In this document: positions 38,568 through 40,585 of the stretch, piece after piece | How positions within the stretch are numbered: position 1 is the stretch's first letter | Layout of the letters: every line of letters starts with the position of its first letter | DNA from: an uncultured Alphaproteobacteria bacterium | Lineage (GTDB): Bacteria > Pseudomonadota > Alphaproteobacteria > GCA-002720895 | NCBI GenBank assembly: GCA_964396035.1 | Contig: CAYNCC010000003.1 | Location: 1-40,585 of the forward strand | Length of the DNA: 40,585 nucleotides | Direction: 5' to 3' | The notes under the pieces: generated by a model | The model's input: only the letters and a program-made list of their open reading frames with translations | Told to the model about the DNA's origin: nothing | Database searches by the model: none | Program-made: the position numbers and the translations under genes

Positions 38568-39623
38568 ATGGTTTCTGATAATTATAAACTATTTAAAAAA
38601 ATAATAGCTGATGAAAAAACAGTTGAGACAGTTTACAAACCCTCTGAATATTGGCGTGAGTATTCTTTAAGAATAACTAAATCAATTTTAAAATCTGGTT
38701 TGAGTGATTTTAGATCCAATGCGCAAATATTAACAGGGTTTGGCGATGTATTAGTTGAAAATCCCTTAGATAAGTTTTCTGGAGATTCTTTCAAAGAAAG
38801 AATTTTATTAAAAATACTTAATAATAATTTATTCAAAAAATATTTTTTATCTCAATACATAAATTTTGTTAAATCAAAAAATGAACAGGTATTAATATAT
38901 AGAAATTTATATTGTGAAAAAATATTGACGAAATGGTTTGATAAGTTCTCAAAAAAACATCATTTACCATCGACGCTTGTAGGGAAACCCAGTGATTACA
39001 TTTTATATAATAAAAAAAAAGTCGGTATTTCATATTTAGTAGCTTTTTCAAGAATTAATTGTCTTGAGAAAATCATTAATTTTAAAAAAATCGGATCAGT
39101 TTTTGAAATAGGTGGAGGTTTTGGTGCTTTATCTCATTCTATTTTACATTTTTATCCTAATATTAAAAAATTATTTTACTTAGATTTATCTCCTAATATT
39201 TATATTGGGACTCAATATTTAAAATTTTTTTTCAAAAAGTCTGTTTATGATTATTTATCAACAAGAAATAATAAAAAAATTGAAGTTAATGAAAATAAAA
39301 GAGAAATATTTCCAATTTGCCCGTGGCAAATAAAACAAGTCGATTCTAAAATTGATTTATTTTTTAATTTTGCTTCTTTTCAAGAGATGGATGAGAAAAT
39401 TGTCTATAACTATCTTTCTAAATTAAAAAATATATTAAACAAACCAAATTCATTTCTTTGCATTGGACTTTATAAAACAAAAGGGAAAAATAGGATTCAT
39501 CGATCAAGACTATTGAAGATTTTTGAAGAAATATTTCAAATACGTCCATTTAGAATTATAAAACATTACGATTATATGAATGCAGAAGAAGATATTTGTA
39601 TATTTAAAGTTAAAAAATCATAG
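38568..39623 (+). CDS. Hypothetical protein with a class I SAM-dependent methyltransferase-like fold; possibly a sugar O-methyltransferase type
   Basis: A 351-aa ORF. The only recognisable element is a motif-I-like VFEIGGGFGALS followed by an acidic LDLS about 20 aa later. I recognise no closer family with confidence. Confidence 0.55.
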   Translation: MVSDNYKLFKKIIADEKTVETVYKPSEYWREYSLRITKSILKSGLSDFRSNAQILTGFGDVLVENPLDKFSGDSFKERILLKILNNNLFKKYFLSQYINFVKSKNEQVLIYRNLYCEKILTKWFDKFSKKHHLPSTLVGKPSDYILYNKKKVGISYLVAFSRINCLEKIINFKKIGSVFEIGGGFGALSHSILHFYPNIKKLFYLDLSPNIYIGTQYLKFFFKKSVYDYLSTRNNKKIEVNENKREIFPICPWQIKQVDSKIDLFFNFASFQEMDEKIVYNYLSKLKNILNKPNSFLCIGLYKTKGKNRIHRSRLLKIFEEIFQIRPFRIIKHYDYMNAEEDICIFKVKKS

Positions 39624-39639
39624 AGAAAAAATAAAAAGA

Positions 39640-39898
39640 ACATAGCGGGGACTTCTGTTGCCCGGTGTCCCCATACCGCGCTTTCCTAATACTTAGGCAG
39701 CGAGAGCCAAGTTTTTATTGGCAAATATAAATAGCCCGATAACGGTGGTACAATACCGAGTAAAGTTCATATTATTCCATGACCGTCGATCCTATATCGC
39801 CCCCATGATTCTTATTTGTGGTGGAGGCGCCGGGTACTGCCCCCGGGTCCGTTTCATTTCAAACATGACATTTATCACTATAGTTGGTTGCCCAACAC
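39640..39898 (-). ncRNA. ssrA: Two-piece (circularly permuted) alphaproteobacterial tmRNA gene. Acceptor piece about 39880-39819, a 14-nt intervening segment 39818-39805, coding piece about 39804-39640
   Basis: The minus strand reads ...GGACCCGGGGGCAGTACCCGGCGCCTCCACCA / CAAATAAGAATCAT / GGGGGCGATATAGGATCGACGG.... The acceptor stem GGGGGCG/CGCCTCC includes a G3:U70 wobble, with discriminator A and CCA. The tag frame is GCC AAT AAA AAC TTG GCT CTC GCT GCC TAA. The coding-piece 3' CGCTAT can pair with the acceptor-piece 5' ATAGTG. The outer ends are approximate. ORF-track entry 39718..39909 is an antisense artefact. Confidence 0.88.
39693..39722 (-). other. tmRNA tag reading frame encoding ANKNLALAA plus a TAA stop
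   Basis: Begins with an Ala resume codon (GCC) and ends in the canonical hydrophobic ALAA degron, followed immediately by TAA. Confidence 0.8.
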
Positions 39899-39975
39899 TT
39901 CAAATATAGTAAATAATCCTACTATTAAAAAGTATTCTCTTTATATTTAAAAAAAATTATAATTATTAAATTACT

Positions 39976-40585
39976 ATGTCTTTAAAAAAAGAAGAATTAA
40001 ATGAAATAAAAAGGCTTAGATCTAGATCTAAGAAAACACTGAGAATTACTTCACAATCTTTAGAGAAGATTCTTTATAAACCTTTTAAAGTTTTAGATCA
40101 TGGTTTTATTAGAGTAATGGATTATATGGGAGATGATTCAGCAATAGTGCAATCTGCAAGAGTTTCTTATGGGGAAGGTACAAAAAAAGTATCTAATGAT
40201 AAAGGTCTTATAAGATATTTAATGAAAAATTGGCATACAACGCCTTTCGAAATGTGTGAAATTAAATTTCATATTAAGCTTCCCATCTTTATTGCAAGAC
40301 AGTGGATAAGACATAGAACCGCAAATGTTAATGAATATTCAGCTAGATATTCTATTTTAGATAAAGAGTTTTATATACCAAGACCTGAACACATGTCTAG
40401 TCAATCTTCAACTAATAAACAAGGAAGAGGGGGCAGTTTATCCAAGAAAGATACGGAAAAATTTTTAAAAATTTTAAAAGATGACGCAGAAAGAAATTAC
40501 AAACATTACGAAGATATGCTAAATAAAAACCAAAGTGGTGAAATTATAAACGATGACAAAGAAGGTTTAAGTAGAGAATTAGCAA
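39976..40585 (+). CDS. thyX: FAD-dependent thymidylate synthase ThyX, N-terminal ~203 codons (runs off the right edge)
   Basis: The ATG at 39976 opens a frame containing the ThyX signature [15 protein letters not shown] and [11 protein letters not shown]. There is no stop before the window ends. Confidence 0.9.
   Translation, partial: MSLKKEELNEIKRLRSRSKKTLRITSQSLEKILYKPFKVLDHGFIRVMDYMGDDSAIVQSARVSYGEGTKKVSNDKGLIRYLMKNWHTTPFEMCEIKFHIKLPIFIARQWIRHRTANVNEYSARYSILDKEFYIPRPEHMSSQSSTNKQGRGGSLSKKDTEKFLKILKDDAERNYKHYEDMLNKNQSGEIINDDKEGLSRELA

Noticed and set aside
39718-39909. A 63-aa plus-strand ORF (MANINSPITVVQYRVKF...) in the ORF track
   Set aside because: It lies antisense to the tmRNA gene. 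The open frame is a by-product of the GC-rich RNA. It would also run into the thyX/ssrA promoter region.
38410-39975. A genomic island integrated at ssrA carrying the methyltransferase-like gene
   Set aside because: There is no integrase and no direct repeat of either tmRNA piece's 3' end in 38410-38567 or elsewhere nearby. There is no visible compositional shift, and only one cargo gene.
1-40585. CRISPR arrays, IS elements or transposases, prophage genes, toxin-antitoxin or defence systems, and rRNA genes
   Set aside because: No spaced direct repeats, terminal inverted repeats, or recombinase- or nuclease-like ORFs were seen. Every ORF of 100 aa or more is accounted for, either as a housekeeping gene or as an antisense shadow of one.

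Overview
The window is very AT-rich and tightly packed. It looks like core chromosome from a streamlined alphaproteobacterium of the SAR11/Pelagibacterales type; that assignment comes from gene content, a two-piece tmRNA and AT-rich codon usage, with no database search. Almost every base is explained by housekeeping genes.

Gene order:
- Minus strand: carB (truncated at the window edge) and carA.
- Plus strand: yqeY-like gene, dnaG, rpoD, then a tRNA with a CAT anticodon.
- Minus strand: mlaC and mlaA.
- Plus strand: metF, a uvrD-like helicase, aminopeptidase P.
- Minus strand: ligA, bamD, lpxC, ftsZ, ftsA, ftsQ.
- Plus strand, diverging from ftsQ: mraZ, rsmH, ftsL, ftsI, murE, murF, mraY, murD, ftsW, murG, murC, murB, ddl.
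- Minus strand: rnpB (RNase P RNA), an AmpD-like amidase, fumC.
- Plus strand: an orphan SAM-methyltransferase-like gene.
- Minus strand: a circularly permuted two-piece tmRNA gene.
- Plus strand: the start of thyX.

I see no CRISPR array, mobile element, rRNA or recognisable defence or toxin system, and I cannot support any novel multi-gene system here.

The points worth a second look are:
1. Four translational lesions in essential, otherwise well conserved genes: two in-frame stops in ftsZ, a +1 frame break in murE at A-AAA-AGG-G, and no canonical start codon for carA.
2. The dcw cluster is split and inverted. The 56-bp ftsQ/mraZ divergent spacer carries four TGG(G/T)A repeats at 10-bp spacing that resemble MraZ boxes.
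3. The DnaG zinc ribbon has lost three of its four metal ligands.
4. Two ORF-track entries are artefacts lying antisense to rnpB and ssrA.

All protein identities rest on motifs and remembered family sequences, not on searches.
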